A DNA stretch of 64,000 bases from Ramazzottius varieornatus (lineage: Eukaryota > Animalia > Tardigrada). The position numbers and the translations under genes were made by a program. The stretch spans positions 1,663,249-1,727,248 of the forward strand of contig BDGG01000005.1 in the NCBI GenBank assembly GCA_001949185.1. The letters are read 5' to 3'. Positions 60,640 through 64,000 of this stretch are shown here, piece after piece. The notes beneath the pieces were generated by a model. That model saw only the letters and a list, made by a program, of their open reading frames with translations. It was not told where the DNA came from and searched no databases. The first letter of the stretch is position 1. The number at the start of each line of letters is the position of its first letter.

Positions 60640-60800
60640 AGGATACTTTTCCAAGCGACGCGCGTTCTCGGTGCTACTGGCTGACAGCTTGCGCCACTTC
60701 AGAAAACGAGCTTCCTGAGTTTCCAGATGGCGCACGTTCTTGACCCAATTGGCTGGAAGCCTGCGCCACTCTGGGATAACGATCTGGTCGAGTTTGCTCG
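60640..60800. repeat. Family A doublet, 72-bp period
   Basis: caagcgacgcgc-N25-ttgcgccactt then gatggcgcac-N25-ctgcgccact. Confidence 0.85.
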
Positions 60801-62144
60801 CCCGGGTTCCATGTGGGAAAACAGTGTCCGGGACTGTCAAATGGCGCTGACGAGAAAGCGATAATGTCCATAAACAAAAGCAGTGCTTGTGTTCCACCTT
60901 TAAATTACAGCTGTGTACTCCACCCCATCAGCAAACCAGTCTTGGCTGGCTAAAGCGATTCCGATGGAGCAGAGCTCACGATATGTCCATCACAAAGTAG
61001 TCTGTCATTTCCCCGTTTGCCAATCAGAGCATTTCAGAGCGCTATAGCGTCTTAACGAACGCCTTACTTATTCCTTCAACGTACGTGAGGACAGGAAAGG
61101 AGGCTACACGCTTCATTGTAGAAATTAATTCATTAGGCCATAGAGAATGTCGACATTTTAAATTCTCATACAGAGGGAACGCCCAAACACTCGGCCAATC
61201 ACAGCACCCAAGTCTTCGGGTGCTGATACCTAGGAGGAGGAAAAATAGCTCGTTTGAGCTCACCACTATAGTATACCTACACCAAGTGGAAAGTGATATT
61301 CTGCTAAAGGTATACTTGAATCGATAGGCAAATCATCTCGTGTGTTGAGGTATTTTAATGGTCGTGTTCATTCATCAAGTAGCGCGTGGGGGGAAGATGT
61401 ATCAAGATGGGTCCTTCTGAGCTTGTTGTCCTGCACTTTCCCCACTCTCGAACAACATCGCTGCTACCTGCTCTTCATTTCATATATCCGATCTAGATGG
61501 CCATTTCCCCATCATGTCTGAATCGAAGTTCGAAGACGAGTCTTGTCAGTTTTAGCCCACCTTCAGGCTTGTATTCTGGCCACTCCACGTACGTTCTCAA
61601 TGAAGTATCTTCTTCATATCTGATCCAATTTCGCCTAATCTCTACTGATCCACTCGAACTTGGAATTTTTCCATTGTCCGGTTTCGCCCATATTTCGCCT
61701 GCTTGGCCATACTGACGACCTAATTATTGCACTGACGTGGGCTGCGTCACTTGCGTATGCTTATCCATTACGGAAGCCATGTCCAGCCCGTGGACATAAC
61801 CTTTGGCCCGCTGCACTTGAGCTTCTCAACTATGCTTGAACTGCGGTTCCTTGCTATCGGCTTCTGTTGCTTTTAAGAGGTTTTCGTTGGTTTCGATCCA
61901 CTGGAATCTGAAGGTGCCGGGCGGCAGAGGGGAATACACCTGTTGATCATATTGCGTCGAACTGCAACGTGTAGGCCCGATCAAGTTTCGGTCAAAAAAT
62001 GATGATTGATTTTGGCAATAATGGATATATTCAACACCCTTATTACAAGTGAGTCCTCCCAGCTGCAGAATATTTACTAGTAATTCTTTTTTAGGTTTAG
62101 ACAGAGTAATTTTTCTGTGAAGAAGAACAATCCCGCCAAGAGTG

Positions 62145-62240
62145 CTTCAAGTGGCGCACGTTTCCAGTACTGTGTGCTATAAGTGTGCGCCACTGAGAAA
62201 AAATCTGCTCTAGCTTGGTTAAATTCCCAATTGGCGCACA
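62145..62240. repeat. Family A core plus orphan half-site
   Basis: tcaagtggcgcac-N25-gtgcgccactgag; ttcccaattggcgcac at ~62224. Confidence 0.8.
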
Positions 62241-64000
62241 ACACCGTTGTGGAAGGTTTTGCTCGGGTGGGAAATTTCAGACAGTCTGAAAGATCCTGTA
62301 TGACTGATGCAGAATAATGGAATATTTTGTCAAGGCTTAAGGCTTCGCGAGACTGTCAGAATATATTTCGCAATATTGTGCTTGCCACCTGTGGTGCGCG
62401 TCTTGGAAGCGTTTATGGCAGAATGATTTTAAATTTCTGTGAAAAAGGAGACGATTCCGCACGAATGAGTGACCACACTGATTGTCGTCGGCAGAAGAAA
62501 AGTAGTCTTCAAAGCAATAAGAAGGACCGACCATGTGCTCACTTCAATGTTGCGTGCGAATCGTCACCAGCAGGAAAAGTAGAAAAAACTTTTGGCGGAA
62601 GGTGCGATGAAAGAGATGGTTAAGTCTGTTTCGCCCCGGCAACACCTCCATTGTCTTCGCGGCTTAATTTACTCTAAGACAGATGTCCCACAACTTGCTA
62701 AAGGGTGATACCGATGTTTAAAGATTACAAAGACTAATCAAAAACGGATAGGCGCACCTTTCCTGTCCGGGTTACTTTTTTCATTCAGTCTCTACTTCAC
62801 CCGTATAATGCTCAGCTTCCGGAGACTCTTCCGACATGCAACTGCTCAAAAGCCTCAGCCATGAAAGTCGTCCTCAACAAGGCCCATTAGATCTTTAGAA
62901 ATTCACCAATGGCCAACATTTTCTTCCGTGGCAAAGTGGCTCCTTTCCATTCAGACATAAGTGCCCTGTTTTCGTCAGCTCCTTCTCCTGCAAGTAAGAT
63001 GTACCGACCGACCGGCAAACAGCGCTCGTAATTATATACGTTCGTTGCGATGCGCGAGCCTCCGTCGAGCCGCCAGATGGAAATCAGAAAAGATGAAACG
63101 GACACCAAGCTTGAAGATGATCAAAGGAAAAGTGTCTCTTGGGCATCGCAAAGATCGGCCACAAGTGACGTAGCCAGCCACTTGACGAGGTGGAACCTTT
63201 TTCTTTAAGATGCTGCCATTTTGTCCGTAAACCTTGTCACTTGTTTTCCTCGTAACAACCATCTTCGGCTCTAAACCATTCTTGCGCCTCGGCGACCCAC
63301 CACAGGGAATATTTTCAGGATATTCGCGCCTCGTGAGAATTTGCGTACCCTTGCACCTTGATAGATTTTTGTGAAGTTGGACATTCATAGCATCCTGCTG
63401 TGTCAATTTGACTGCCATCAGACGAATTTAGCCTCCAATGGTGTATCGATGGAACTATCGGTAAACCCTTTCTGCATATTTTGGTCGAGGGAGAAGAAAA
63501 AAACTTTTTGGCATGGCGGAGTATAATGAGTGGTCGTATAGTCGAGAGCGTGATATAGCGAGGTACCTTTGCCGGTACCAGATGACAGAGTTGGTGTCAT
63601 ATCGATGATATAACAGGCTGGACCGTGTTGGTGTCACTTTATTGCCTTTCTCTTTCTTCCGTGTAGTGTGTATTTCTGTCCGTCAAACGCCTCATTGCAC
63701 CGAGCTCGTGTATTCTTTTGGTGGAGGAGATCGCGAGCTTTGAAGGTCGAGCTTCAGTTTCAGCCAAGCTCTTCCCTCTCACGCTCATCCACCCGTCCAC
63801 TTTTTTCTGTAATACCTTCACCGGGCTGCCGATATTCCATTCGAAATCGAAGGGGGAGGGTCCCTCACGTTAAATTTTGAAATTCGAATATTCGTCTGCA
63901 CTAGTTCTACTATTTTTGGAATATTCGGTATTGACTGGTTTCTGGCTTTTCGCATAGTGGTGGACAGAAAAAGAGCCATGTGAACGGGAATATCGAGCCC

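Noticed and set aside
61400-63640. Coding-like fragments on the minus strand (also 55089-55731)
   Set aside because: Frames are short and interrupted with no recognisable motif. They may be decayed transposons but I cannot support a call.

Overview
Eukaryotic (animal) genomic DNA from a compact genome with mostly short (~55-100 nt) GT-AG introns and moderate GC. The style suggests a tardigrade-like invertebrate, which is inference only. Genes in order: XPC/Rad4 (5' end outside the window), a divergent BRF1, a histone H2A with a ~210-aa C-terminal tail ending in SQEA, TRMT61A, TOPORS-like RING ligase, MEGF8, DNAJC8, an RRM-like/F-box orphan, a BTB protein, a 644-aa orphan ORF, an R7BP/syntaxin-like fragment, a soluble plant-type UDP-glycosyltransferase, GTF3C3 and a Zucchini/PLD6-like nuclease. 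The last ~10 kb is gene-poor. The most unusual signal is non-coding: two dispersed families of bipartite inverted motifs with fixed-length spacers, found mainly in introns. Family A is CAAGTGGCGCAC-N25-GTGCGCCACTTG inside a ~130-bp palindrome (about 20 units at 17 loci, three as 72-bp-period doublets). Family B is CATNNACCTGCATRC-N30-GYATGCAGGTNNATG (10 units whose spacers share no sequence). Also present: two ~533-bp TTAA-flanked piggyBac-type MITEs in inverted orientation, one TA-flanked MITE and a degenerate foldback. All exon boundaries were read by eye and no database searches were run.
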